Below, in pieces: positions 51,891-64,000 of a DNA stretch of 64,000 nucleotides. The first letter of the stretch is position 1; each line of letters begins with the position of its first letter. Origin of the DNA: Somniosus microcephalus (taxonomy: Eukaryota); the NCBI GenBank assembly GCA_052327205.1, contig CM126223.1, forward strand, positions 65,844,001-65,908,000. Reading direction: 5' to 3'. Position numbers and translations under genes: made by a program. The notes beneath the pieces were generated by a model that saw nothing but the letters and a program-made list of their open reading frames with translations, was not told the origin of the DNA and ran no database searches.

Positions 51891-54489
51891 CTGAAAGCTG
51901 TGCAGAGAGATTATCCATATATCTCGCAGGGCATTGCTCACGGGTAGAAAAAGAGAGTCGGAGTCAGAGTACTTTGCCGTGTCCTTGCGTTTTACCCGAA
52001 AGACGTGCTGCAATTGCTTTTGCTTGCGGCATTACTCGATCAAATCTGGCCCTTTTATTTGGAGGTCAGTACTGAGTAATGGCTTCCAACTTTGTGCCAG
52101 ATTTGGGAAGGCTGGTAAACACACAACTGGTGAAAAAAGGTCATTTTGAAGATGCTTTATGTTATACATGGCAACATAATATTTCCAATGGGCGATTGTT
52201 CGACCTTCCAGCAACATTCACAGCCAACCCATCAATTAACTTGTGACTTTTTAAAAAAAATTAAAATTTTCCCATTATCAAAGTAGCTTAAACTTTTAAA
52301 TCTCACAGGCATGCCTACTGAAATAACTTTAAAATGCACACAGTAAAATCATTGCCATTAATTATTTGCAACTTGAACAAAATCAGGACATGAAATATTT
52401 ATCAAAAACATGCCAGAAAATACAGCACCGAATGCAGTCAACTTTCTCAGTACAATAGGATCAAAGTTCATTTATTGACTAAATACTTGCCGTCTGGATT
52501 ACTTTTCCAGACCTAGTGGTACTTGAGCCTAGTGGACGTTTCTGTAATGGAGAAAGCTTCAGTCACGCTGCACAGAAGCTCTGCTCAGACTCCACACCTC
52601 GGCACCCCCAACTTAGGACTGTTAAATTGCAGATTTCTCGCCAAAATAAACCAAATAGAAACGGGATTTGAATGAGGTGTTGGTAAACTTGTTTTCTGTT
52701 TCACTTATGCTACCCCACTCTCAGTAAAAGAATACTAATGGGATACATAACAGGTACATCATGTGCACTACCTGGGTTTATCATAAACAATCTTAAACTA
52801 TTTTCAGCAATTAATTGAATCTTCATAAGGAATTTCATTTAAAATCCCCAAAATATACTGAAATACTCTGATAACTGAGAAGTTGTGGCAACACTCGACA
52901 GGCAAAAATCGCTGAATATTGAACAAAGCCTTCAATCTCACTGAAGTACAGTACTTTAACTGATTTTTAAACATTTAATTAAGCAAATCTAAGGTTATAA
53001 AGTGCAGTCAAGACTTTACTAACATTTTCTGAAGCATAACACTCACTTCTGTTTTATTAAAATCCTTAATTAGATCTCCTAATACAGTATACACTGTTCC
53101 TATCTGCACTGGTGAAATGAACAAAGTTATCCAAAGCAGTGGATTTACTGCAAGTGGGAGCATTTCTCTCATTCCTAACATTTATTGACATAGCTATAGC
53201 ACAGTATTTACCAAAAAGAGTCATATTTTCCATTTTCAGAACAAAAATTAAATATTTTACAGTGGAGGTTATCAAGAAAATAATTTTATAAAGCTAAATA
53301 ACAAGGTCCACTCCCTCACCATGACTTGGCTAATGACTAACTGGTGTGGCATGATGCTGGACTGACATGGCAGTTCCTAGTGCAAAGTTTGGTGATCTGT
53401 GACAAAAGCACCAGGGAAGGCAGTAGAATGAACACCTTGGACTGGGCTGGAGAGGGAGGCGGGTGGGGGTATATGACTAGGTTTCCTGCCTTTACCATTC
53501 ATCTAACCCAGACAACCCCTAACCTGGAACTGGATAGGAGAGGGGAAAGCATTAATGATCATAAAAACAAATTGAAAAGGGAAGTACCTGAATGCAAGTT
53601 TATGTGGAGAGTTGAAAACTAGGTCCTGCAAAACAAAGTGCAGAGACCAGTTTTGATTATTTTGGTGCCAGAGTTCAAAAAACTTGATTTTTTCCCACTC
53701 ATTTGAATGACCCAATAATTTGATTACAGAACACGGCTATCGTTTTTTTTAAAAAGGCTAGGTTGTTACAATTTTATGAACACACACTCTCTAAAAACAC
53801 TAATACCTGTAAAAAGAATTGTTATTTATATATCATTTGTGTAATAACTTCCATTCCCTCCTTGCATAAAATAATTTCCTGTTTTTTTTGTTCCCGGTGT
53901 ACATTTATGCTTTACAACAGCGCTTAAAATGAAAGCGACCCATCAATGTAAAAGGGTATGCCCCTATAACTCGAGATGTCCACATTTCTGCCATAGGAAG
54001 TATATGTTTATATAGCAAACTGCAGTGATGCAAATAATAACCATCCCTTACCAGCATGGAGAGCTGCACCCCTTACTACAAATGGACTGTGGTCTAAAAT
54101 AGATGTTCAAACTAGATACATGCTGCTAAAATGTGATAACTGCACATTTCAAAAAAAATTAAAAACTGTTACCAGTACAAGCACCTTAGTTCCAATACAT
54201 CCAAAGCCCCTAGTTAAGTTACAGTAATTCTTGATGCTTTATGCAAATGAGTCACTAACAAACTGCGCAATATAGTTCACCAATGTCACCTGTTGTTTGT
54301 ATGTTTTATCGAAAGTAAAACAGTTAAGTCATATCTGATTCAGGTGCTCCACAAAAGGCTGTGGGAAAGCGCTAAAAACAGCTGCGCAGTCCTGCCTAAG
54401 GAAAACATTGACTTGACTCCACTCAGACAAAATATGTATTTGGTTTAATGTAACAAGTGAGCAAAGGGAGAGGAAAAGAACCACGTTAT

Positions 54490-54862
54490 TTAGCAATTGT
54501 GAAGGGGATTGATCGGGTGGATGCGGGGAGGATGTTTCCACTGATGGGTGAGACTAGAACTAGGGGGCATAATCTTAGAATAAGGGGCTGCCCTTTCAAA
54601 ACTGAGAGGAGGAGAAACTTCTTTACTCAGAGGGTAGTAAATCTATGGAATTTGCTACCCCAGAGAGCTGCGGAAGCTGCAACATTAAATACATTTAAAA
54701 CGGAGATTGACAGTTTCCTAGCAGATAAGGGAATTAGGGGTTACGGGGAGAGGGCAGGGAAGTGGACGTGAGTCTAGGTTCGGATCAGCCATGATCCTAT
54801 TGAATGGCGGAGCAGGCCCGAGGGGCCATATGGCCTAGTCCTGCTCCTTATGTCTTATGTCA
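54490..54862 (+). mobile_element. CR1 LINE 3' fragment
   Basis: RNFFTQRVVNLWNLLP and (CTTATGT)n tail. Confidence 0.9.
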
Positions 54863-56789
54863 ATGCTGTGAAGCATTCCATTTCTAATTGGAAAAAAACA
54901 GCTGGAAAAAAATATTTCTGATTAAGCCATCAGCAACCATCAGTTTTACTATCACATAGCTGAAGAGATGCATGGTAGGATTTTGAATTTATACAAGTGG
55001 AGCAGCCACACAGCTCATGAGCAACAATGCCTCAAGTGAACTGTGGTGAATCTTGAGTAGAAATGAAAACATCACATAGTATAAATGGAGCAGGCTCCAC
55101 AGCAGCAGTAGGCAAAGCACTGTAATGCATACATTATGGCTATTATCAAAAATAGGCAGAAAAAAATTTAGGTTGGGGAAAGAGGTGAAAGTCATGGGGT
55201 GATGCCAGTTTTATTATGCTCTCCTAAGAGTGGAAACCTGTTGCAGCTCAGATCCCGAGAACATGCTGTTCAGGAACAATTTATACAATATTTTGGTGGC
55301 ATTAAAATTAAATGTACAATGGGTCATGGATGGCTCAAGAATCTACTCGTCAATTAACAGCTAATGCTCTCCACATTAAAGCTAATTTAGAACCAGGATC
55401 AGCAAACAGAGTTCTGTAATGAAACTTAATTAATTTTCAATCACATATACAAAATACTAAACATGCACTACCACAGCAAAGTATTATTATGGCCAAGGAG
55501 GAAATTAAGTAACTTATTTTGGGACTGTATACAAGTAAAAGCAGTTCTGTAATTGTCTGAATTGCTTCCGCTGTGCAATCTTCCATGGCACCTGCCTCAT
55601 TTATACTGTGGGACAAATTCCATAAAGATCAAAAAGCTGTGCATACATGAGTCATTTATTTGGGATTTCATTTCTGGCTATCTTATCTTTTCTGATGACT
55701 GGCTGGCAACTGGAAAACCACCTCACTGGCCTGTTTGAACAGGCTGCCTACGACTGGAAAACAAAATGGTGACTGTACCATTATAGGCACTGCTGCATTG
55801 CTGTTCACTGCCACTTGCAGAGAAACCAGATAAAACCAGCCCCCAGAAATAGTTCTGCCACCTTAATTATTTTACCACTGCAGAAGCTTGTATCAAACAT
55901 GGAACTCCATGAAACTAATTAAGGTTTTTTTCTTCGGCAGTGAAAGCTGCTCATTTCTTCTGCACCCCTGGCACTGTGACATCCCCACTAAGGTAAATGA
56001 GACCGCAGTGCTACCTCTGGAGGTTCCAATATCCACCAAACCTGCTTTTAGATTAGATTTAGCGGTGTTGCTAGCACCACTCTTTCCCTGGGTCTTGCAC
56101 AGTCAGCAGTAAACTCAAGTAAACATGTTGGATTCACTAAGGCTGGCAGCTGGAAGAATGTGACTTTAAAAAAAACTTATCTTCCAACTGTAGCAAATCC
56201 AAGTTTACTTAAGAGATTGAGACCCACAGTTGGAGAACTGATGCCACTAGCAACCCACTGAAATAAGAAAGCAGCACTAAAAAGGGTATGCTGCGACTAC
56301 CAAAGGCAGCACAAGTTAGTGGGTGCGAGAAAAAGTGGGCGCGAGAGCAGGCGGGCGGGCAAGAGAGAAAAAGAAAAAAAACACACGATCTTTTCTGGCC
56401 ATCGGAGTAGCTCAAACTATACCTACAAGCTGGCAACAAAGTTTTTCACTTGCTGACATGTATGGACCTTCATCGGCCATTGAGGAAGGTCTGGTGTCCA
56501 GAAAATAAATTCAGTCTGCAACCTGGAAACTTGCGTTTGCACGGTTGTTATTGTATTGTTCCAATGCTATGGAATCTGCCCCACAGAATAAACCGGATGG
56601 ATTTCACACAGAGACTTCACTTTAAGAAGTAGTTCTTTAATATAACGACAGCATGAAAATAATTAGCTGGAGGAGTTAATATAAAGAGAGTATCTAAGGT
56701 GTGAGGCAGCTAAATTATTATGGGTTACTAATAAAAATGTTAATTCAGCTGCTTCACACTGCTGGGCTCAATTAATGCTAGTTTGGCCG

Positions 56790-57210
56790 AGTTGGAAACA
56801 TTCCTGCCTCCAAGTCAGACATGTTGTGGATTCAATCCTCATTATGGACATGAGAACATAATCTAGGGAGACCCACAGCGCAATACAGAGGGAACATTGA
56901 AATGTTGTCTTTCGGATGAGACATTAAACCAAGCCCTCATGTACCCTACTCAGGTAAATATAAAATATCCTATGAAGAAGAGCAGGGGTTTTTCCTGATG
57001 TCCTAGCCAACATCGTCCCTCAACCAACATCACCAAAAACATTATCTGATCATTCCTTCATATGCTGTTCGTGTGACCTTGCTGTGGGCAAATTGGCTGC
57101 CATATTCCCCAAATAACAATGACTACAATCAATAGATTATCTTTAATGCACAAAGCTCTTTGGGACTTCATGAGGATGTAATCAGTTCTATATAAAAACA
57201 GGTTCTTTGT
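56790..57210 (+). mobile_element. Old Deu-domain SINE
   Basis: B-box-like GGATTCAATCC, GTCTTTCGGATGAGAC, ACCTTGCTGTG..AAATTGGCTG, L2-like tail. Confidence 0.7.
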
Positions 57211-58714
57211 TTATCATTCAGTTCCAAGGAAGCTTCAACTGGTAACTTTATGTAAATTCAGTGCATCAACACTGGCTGGGTCAGTACTTCCTCCTAGCCA
57301 GTTCCCCAATTAAGTCATCAGCATGAATTGTGCAAGCAAAAATACTCCCACAAAGAAAAGCAAAAATACAGATATATTCTGTATCTGTATTATCAGATAG
57401 GGTTAATAAACCCATTTGATTAAAGTAGTGCTAATGGTTAAGAACAGACTACAATAACCTTGCAGTCTATTTTAATTATGCCTACAGCTTTTAAATGAAG
57501 TTTTTTCCCCCCTCTCAATCCTAATCTATTGCACATGGTAGTGCTTGAAATGAAACACTCGCACTCAAAAGGCAACTGGTATCCACGTGAAGTAGGTAAT
57601 ATCTATGCAGAATTTTCCCACTTGTGTGTGAGTAACACAATGGGGGACCTGTCACAATATATTCCACCACAATAGTTATGCTTCAACAGCTGGTCACGCA
57701 GACAGACCAGTTTTAGCTTCAAGTGCCGTGAAAATTCCCAAAGTTCACTTTAATAGGATTGTTTATATGCCAAAATGTTGAAGTGAAAATCAATACAAAA
57801 CTACCGCTTGCTAAACCAGACAAACTTCTTCATTATAAGCACCCTTACAAAAAAAAAGAGGAACAATGAAAAAGTAAAAACAACAGAAAATGCTGGAAAC
57901 ACTCAGCAGGTCAGGCATTTGTCTGTATATTTCTTCCTCCACCTCCCTTCCAGTATTAGGTGGTCTGTTCAATGCATGAAGTAAATGAGATTCTTAGCCA
58001 TTTTCAATGTAATTAAAATCCTTAAACACATAACTTGCATCAGCAATTTTCTCCCAAGTACATGCCCTTCTCAAATTGCCAGATACAGAACTCCAACTTC
58101 CTCTTGTATGCCAACTAGCTCCTGACTTGCATTAGTTTTAACAGTGGCCCAGTAGCAGATCAGTCACATATTGCCAAAGAAGAAAGTGATGGATTCATAA
58201 CCTCAAAAAAGTAGTTACTGTAGATAGAGCTTACTGTTTCATGGTTTTGACACAGACCAGAGCAAGTAATGAGACTCAAAGCAAAAAGAACTTGAGATTA
58301 CAGGCATACCAATTAATTTTTGCATTAATGCAAAGTAATCATCTTGTATGCATCAACAAAAGAGTAGCAGTGTAAAGACTACCAAACATACTAAAGACCA
58401 CAGGTGAGAGACTGCCTCCGGTGCAGTGTAAAACATTAGCTAAAGCCGTATTTATATTGTACCAAGATTCATGCTTATGGTGCTAGCTCCCAACATTTTT
58501 TTTAAAAAACTGAGTATTCCGGACCCAGGCCTTCATGAATCACAGCAAGTTTAATCTTGGTGGTAGCTGGCCGTGCAAGATTTGCACATCAGATGTCGGT
58601 GCCACCAATGCAGGCCTGAGCGTACGGCAAAGGCAGCTTAAATGATGCAAACTGAGACTACTAATGAGTACTGAAACAGAAGTGAGAAAGAAAAATGAAC
58701 AAGAATGAAAGAAA

Positions 58715-59110
58715 ATTTGCCTTTATATAGCGCCTTTCACGACCTCAGGACATTCTCAAAGCACTTTATAGCCAATGAGGTACTTTTTGAAGTGTGGTCA
58801 CTGTTGTCATACAGGCAACCAACCAACACTGCTATCAATTTGCACACAGCAAGATCCCAGTAAGAGCAATAAGATAATGACCAGATAATTTGTTTAATGA
58901 TGTTGACTGAGGGATAAATATTGGCCAGGGCATCAGGGATAACTCCCATGCCAAAAGATGGCACCTCCAACGGTAAAGCAGCCCCTCAATACTACACTGA
59001 AGTGTCAGCCTAGATTACACGCTGAAGACTCCATGAACTCATGACCTTCTGACTTGGAGATTGCCTCCGAGTCAGAAGGTCATGGGTTCATGGAGACTGC
59101 AGAGCCAAGT
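58715..59110 (-). mobile_element. Deu-domain SINE with a fold-back at its head
   Basis: Collinear with the SINE pieces at 23185-24290. Confidence 0.75.
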
Positions 59111-60056
59111 AAAATCAGCTGAAGTTTGGATCAATCAGTACAAAAAAAACTGCCTTGCTAGTGACAATGATGCTGAAGAATTCTAGAACATTTTTTTTTA
59201 AAGAAGTAACTGGGAGTTCTCGCAATGTCCTGATCAATATTCATTCTTCAACCACCAAAACTTAAGTGGTCACTGAGGTTTTTCCTTTCATTATTTGAGA
59301 CCTTGCACTGCGCAAATCGAATAGTGTGTTTGCCTACAAAATAACAGTAGCCCACTGCCTATACTTCTAAAGTAATTAACTAGCTGCGAAAGGTTTTGGG
59401 AAATTCCAAGGGTGTGAAAGGCATTATATAAATGCCAGCTCTTTCTCACTCAACAGTCACGTTAGTTTCAGATGATAAAATTGATTGAATTCTGAATAAC
59501 TAATTTCTACTGCAGCTTCAAAACAGGAGGTATATACATGCAAGATTGATTACAAAGTTGATTAGTGGGGGGGGGGGGGGGGGGGGGAAAGTCTGCCTCA
59601 CTTAGCCAGGAAAAGGAAGGGCCAATCCTTCATCATTCAAGTGCTCTTCCTGGCAGATCAAGCAAGTGACATTAATGCTAATTGTGGAATTTCTATCAAA
59701 AATCTAAAACAGGACGACGTGGGTTGGGAGGTAGCATTTTGGGAAAGAGATTCCATTTTGCTCAGAACATTGCTCAATGCATTAATATTTCATAGATTAC
59801 TTAAGTGAAAAGACATCGATATGATGGCAACGATTACTGCAAGTGGGATAAAACCCAGTCAGCAGATTTGTGTTATTGAATACCTCAAATTACAAGCTCA
59901 ATGCTGTAAATAACCCACCACAGAATACATTTTAAAAGGTGTACTGTGATAGTAACAATTACTAGACACTCTTATACAGCCAATGCACACTTCATATACT
60001 GTTAGAATTATTGTATAGCAATATCAATTTAAATTGCATAGGGTATTCGTACTTAC

Positions 60057-60184
60057 AGGAGGTTGATCTCATTTTGAGAAATAACCGCATTTTCTGAAAA
60101 GTAAGGCGTCATCTTCACGCCATAGCAAGAACACCAGCTCCCGACATCTGGCTTTTCTTCATTCAAAATAGCGTCCAGAGTCAT
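60057..60184 (-). CDS. SSH2: Slingshot homolog 2, alternative first coding exon (MTLDAILNEEKPDVGSWCSCYGVKMTPYFSENAVISQNEINL-L)
   Basis: ATG at 60184 opens 42 codons + 2 nt, then a GTAAGT donor. Phase 2 matches the exon at 38284. Resembles a recalled mammalian SSH2 isoform N-terminus (..MIPYFSANAVISQNAINQLISESF). Confidence 0.85.
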
Positions 60185-60349
60185 CTGGACACTTATTAAT
60201 TAAATGTATATATATATATTTTTTTTTAAAAAGCTATCGGCCCTTATTTTCGCAATCGATCTCAAAAAAGGAACACATTTAGAATGTTAAAATCAAATCA
60301 GAGATTGTTAACTTCTTGTAGGATTGGAGGTCAAATCGCTTGAAGGAGT

Positions 60350-60900
60350 TAACAGATAACCCGTGTCCTGCAGATTAACTGGGCAAAGCTATCTGCGTTC
60401 GGTGCATGGACTGGATTACTTTGTCGTGCTGAGTGCAAGCGGAACTCAAGAGCACGGTATGCGAGTGTACAGCGATGGGGCTTTCGCATGCACTCAGCAC
60501 CGAGCTCTCGCTGCGTCTGTGCCGACTCAGCCCTGCGGCAGTGGTGCAGTTGTATTAAAGAAAAAAGCGTCGAATTCAGGACAGTCACAGGGATCACCGT
60601 TTCATTCTGAAGCTTCGAGGAGATTGGGCTGGAAGAATCTCGATTTCCTATCCTACTATTCCGGTCCGCGCTCAGTTTGTGTGCGCCCCTCTCTTTGCTC
60701 CCTGTATAAAGCCCACGCTGATCTGACAACTTATCTGCTCTGGTTTCCCGGTCAGCTGTTTCACAACTGCAGCGCACTTCCTCCAGAGCCGGGGGGTGGA
60801 GGAACAGGAGGACGTCAAGGGGTTATCAGACAGCCAGGCGGTCGCGCCACAATCCCAAACAAATCACAAAAGCTCGATTAAACTCCCATTCTTCCTGTAT
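60350..60900 (-). promoter_or_regulatory. CpG-enriched putative internal promoter / 5' UTR of the alternative SSH2 first exon
   Basis: Locally raised GC and CpG content in non-repeat sequence just upstream of the ATG at 60184. Confidence 0.55.
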
Positions 60901-61538
60901 CGTTTCTACCCAAAAAAAACTTACTCGACGCCAAACTACAACCTTAGGTAATGTTTTATTTTCCCAGTACAAACGCCGTACCCGAGTTATCCGGACAACT
61001 AATTTGCAGTTACTTCACGTGTAAAATGTAACCAGTAATTTACTTCCTTAAATCATTTGCTTTTGTTAAACGAGTAAGGCTTAATAGTTTACACAGTTTT
61101 TAAAAAATTCTTAAATCTCTATTTTATACTTACTGCCTATCTGACCACATACCCCAAACACCACCTCGGAGGAAAGGCAATCACGAATGTCTCTGGGAAC
61201 TTCTATCCACTTTTCTTCCCTCCCATCACAAAGGTGCTTCACCTCTGCTTGGACACCCACCCAATGACCCAGCTGAGATTGGCAACATATCTCCTGGGAG
61301 AAAGCAAATGCAAACATAAAATACTGGGATTTGAAACTGGCTCTCACCCCGTAATCTATTTCACTTATCTTAGTGTAGCATATTTCTATTTCTTTTTAAA
61401 AGTTTCTGGCATTCCTGAAAGCGCAGTGAGTAAATGTATTGCTTGGTGTGGTTGTGGCTGATAAACTAGAACTAAAGTGGGTGTGTGTAGTCTGTAAGCT
61501 TTTAGCGAGAGCAATGGTAGGGGTGATGCAATTAGACT

Positions 61539-61610
61539 GGGAGTTTGGGGTAAGAAGGGAGGGGCTTGGGGTAAGAAGGGAGGGGTTTGGGGTAAGAAGG
61601 GAGGGGCTTG
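61539..61610. repeat. G-rich 21-bp tandem repeat (about 3.4 copies)
   Basis: Unit GGGGTAAGAAGGGAGGGG(C/T)TT. Confidence 0.9.
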
Positions 61611-62634
61611 CTGCTACTATAATAATCACTATACAATGAGTCCTCCTCGAAAATGCATGTATGTGGAGTTCAGGTGGGGCAAAAGTTGCACAGTAAGATC
61701 GCACGCTGACATTTTGGCTTATGCATGAAGAATGGGCATCAGAGACTGCCAGCACCTGTGGAACCTAACCCCACCACAGATCAACAGATTGAAGGGGAGG
61801 GGGAATTTAAAAAAATATATATATTTAAAATCCAGGAGAGGCGTGAAATAATACTTCACTTTCTCTCTGTGACCCCAATTTGTAGTCTCCAGGTGGAGTC
61901 AACAGGGTTGTGATCAGAAAGCCAGTGAATGCCAGCAAGTGATTGAAGAAGGCAGGTCATCACAGCTGAATTTGATGCTGTCCCCAACTGACTACATATG
62001 AAACACACTCACTCTTTCCAGCAGGGATCACTTGATCATAATCAGGAGAGGGATAGCTGGAAATGTTTTCCGCCACCTAGTCCAGGAACACTGAAGCCAA
62101 ATGTATTCATCTCCGGATTGCCTTGGCAGGAATCTGCTAGCTCAGCATATTGTGTGATGTATTTATCCAGTGGCAGTCCTTCCTGGAATATTTTTAACTA
62201 CAAAAAAAATTTCTTAGAAAAAAAAAGTTGGCAGAAGTAATTTTAAAGGAAATTAATCACTTGTGTATTAGTTTTTAAGATATTATTTCTTTGACATATA
62301 TGAACATGGACACCCTCTGTTAATCACAGATGGGAAAACATCATGGAGTGCATTCACCAGCCAGCATAGATTTGAGACATTGTTATTTTACAGATTATGG
62401 GGGAGCTGTATATCTTTTACAATACTATTCACACTGAAACCCAACTGGATTACATGTTCTGCACAGATCCACTTGTCTGCTTTTCTTCACCTTGAATGAA
62501 ATCTCTTGGGGTCTACATTGGAGTCCCTCAACTAAGGTTTGCTAATTTATTCAAAGGAGGCTGTTACCACACAACCATGTCAGAAGTTCCTCCTCCCCAC
62601 AGAATTACTTTCTGAAGGGAAATAGTACATGTTA

Positions 62635-63130
62635 TAGAACCACAAAGAGCCCATTTAGTGAATCATATCTATGCTGGCTCTGCTAGAAAAATTCAAAACT
62701 ATCCCCACTACCTTGATCTCTTCCCATAACGCTGCATCTCTATGTATATCTACTCTTCAAATATACAATGGTCTATACCTCAACTAATCCCTGTGGCAAA
62801 GGATTTCATGCTCTCTCTCTCTAATTTCTACTAACTTCTCACTCTAAATGAGGATTTTACATTAACTCTTCAACACTGATTTTACAACCAAAGGAAATAA
62901 TCTCTTCCTATCCGCCCTATTAAAACTTTTAATTTTAAAAACCTCTACAATACCTGCTCTTGGTCTTCTGATCCAGTGGAAATAGACCCAGCATTTCCAG
63001 TCTCGCCACACAACTACAGTTCCTCATCCCTTGCATCATCCTGATGAATCTATGCTGTACATTATGACTTTAATATCTGTTCTGTAATGGGGCACCCAAA
63101 ACTGCACATAATATTCTAACTGCGAATCAC
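62635..63130 (-). mobile_element. Old CR1 3' fragment
   Basis: Decayed LEY(V)QFWVPHYR-like segment and tail. Confidence 0.65.
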
Positions 63131-63199
63131 CTATTCATTGTAAAGCATTTTGGGACATCCTGAGCTTATGAAAAGTGCTAATTAAATTATTTCTTTCTT

Positions 63200-63350
63200 A
63201 TGGTCTTATATTTCCAAGTCAGGATGGTGTGTGACTTTGAGGTGATGGTGTTCCCATGCGCCTGCTGCCCTTGTTCTTCTAGGTTGTAGAGGTCATGGGT
63301 TTGGGAGGTGCTGTTGAAGAAGCCTTGGTGAGTTGCTGCATCTTGCAGCT
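63200..63350 (-). mobile_element. Fragment of the 2043-3148 LINE family
   Basis: Reverse complement similarity to about 2800-2955. Confidence 0.75.
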
Positions 63351-63524
63351 GCTCTAATGGCACAATTGGTAAAAAGTGTATAAATGGCCTGGTGTGGTAC
63401 AGAATAACAGACCAGGAATGTCCACGGTTCAATCCTGATGGAAATACACAGCAGCTCCGGCAGCACTTGTGGAGAAACAGATATCGGTCAGTCGACATTT
63501 CAGGTCTTGAGACCCTTCTTTAAG

Positions 63525-64000
63525 AGGGGGTTGATGGTAGTGCAGTTGATGTGTACATAGACTTTTAGAAGGCGTCTGACAGAGCGCCACATAATAGACT
63601 GGTTAACAAAATTTAAGCTCATGGGATTAAAGGGGCAGTTGCAGCGTGGATATGAAATTGACTAAGAGGCAGAAAGCCGAGAGCAGTAGTGAGTGGTTGT
63701 GTTTCCAGACTGCAGGAAAGTATACAGTGGTGTTCCCCAGGGGTCAGTATTAGGTCCACTGCTCTTTTTGATATATATTAATGACCTGGGTATAGGGGGC
63801 CTAATTTCAAAGTTTGCAAATGACACATAGCTCGAAAATGTAGTAAAGCATGAGGAAGATAGTAGCAGACTTCAGGACAACATAGACTGGTGAAATGGGC
63901 AGGCAGATTCATTTTAATGCAGAGCAGTGTGAAGTGATACAGCAATATAAATTAAATGGTACTTTTTTTTTTAAGGGGGTGCAGGAACAGAGAGATCTGG
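63525..64000 (+). mobile_element. Decayed CR1 RT fragment
   Basis: [21 protein letters not shown] and KFAND motifs. Confidence 0.85.

Noticed and set aside
60349-60881. ORFs of 142 and 172 aa
   Set aside because: No recognisable homology; expected by chance in a GC-rich promoter region.

Overview
Vertebrate genomic DNA, most likely from a cartilaginous fish (inferred from the HE1-like V-SINE, Deu-SINEs and heavy CR1/L2/Penelope load). It carries the 5' part of a Slingshot phosphatase gene, best matching SSH2, on the minus strand. Eleven GT-AG coding exons (1163 nt, all phase-compatible) run from an alternative first exon at 60184 down to 4841, covering the N-terminal SSH domain, the DEK-C domain and the start of the DSP domain. 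The catalytic HCxxGxxR exon lies beyond position 1, and the canonical first exons were not found and are probably beyond 64000. The introns hold CR1, L2, Rex1/Babar and RTE LINEs, tRNA-derived SINEs, Harbinger, hAT and Tc1/mariner-type MITEs, and Penelope-like repeats. The most notable signals are: several Penelope-derived minimal hammerhead ribozymes, mostly in pre-mRNA sense; an inverted MITE pair bracketing a 270-nt in-frame three-exon block (circRNA with a possible endless ORF); a twin-primed RTE insertion; a Harbinger transposase cut just before its first catalytic Asp; nested insertions; two near-perfect ~30-bp hairpins; and an unexplained 120-bp duplicated non-coding block. All homology calls are from recognition and memory, not database searches.
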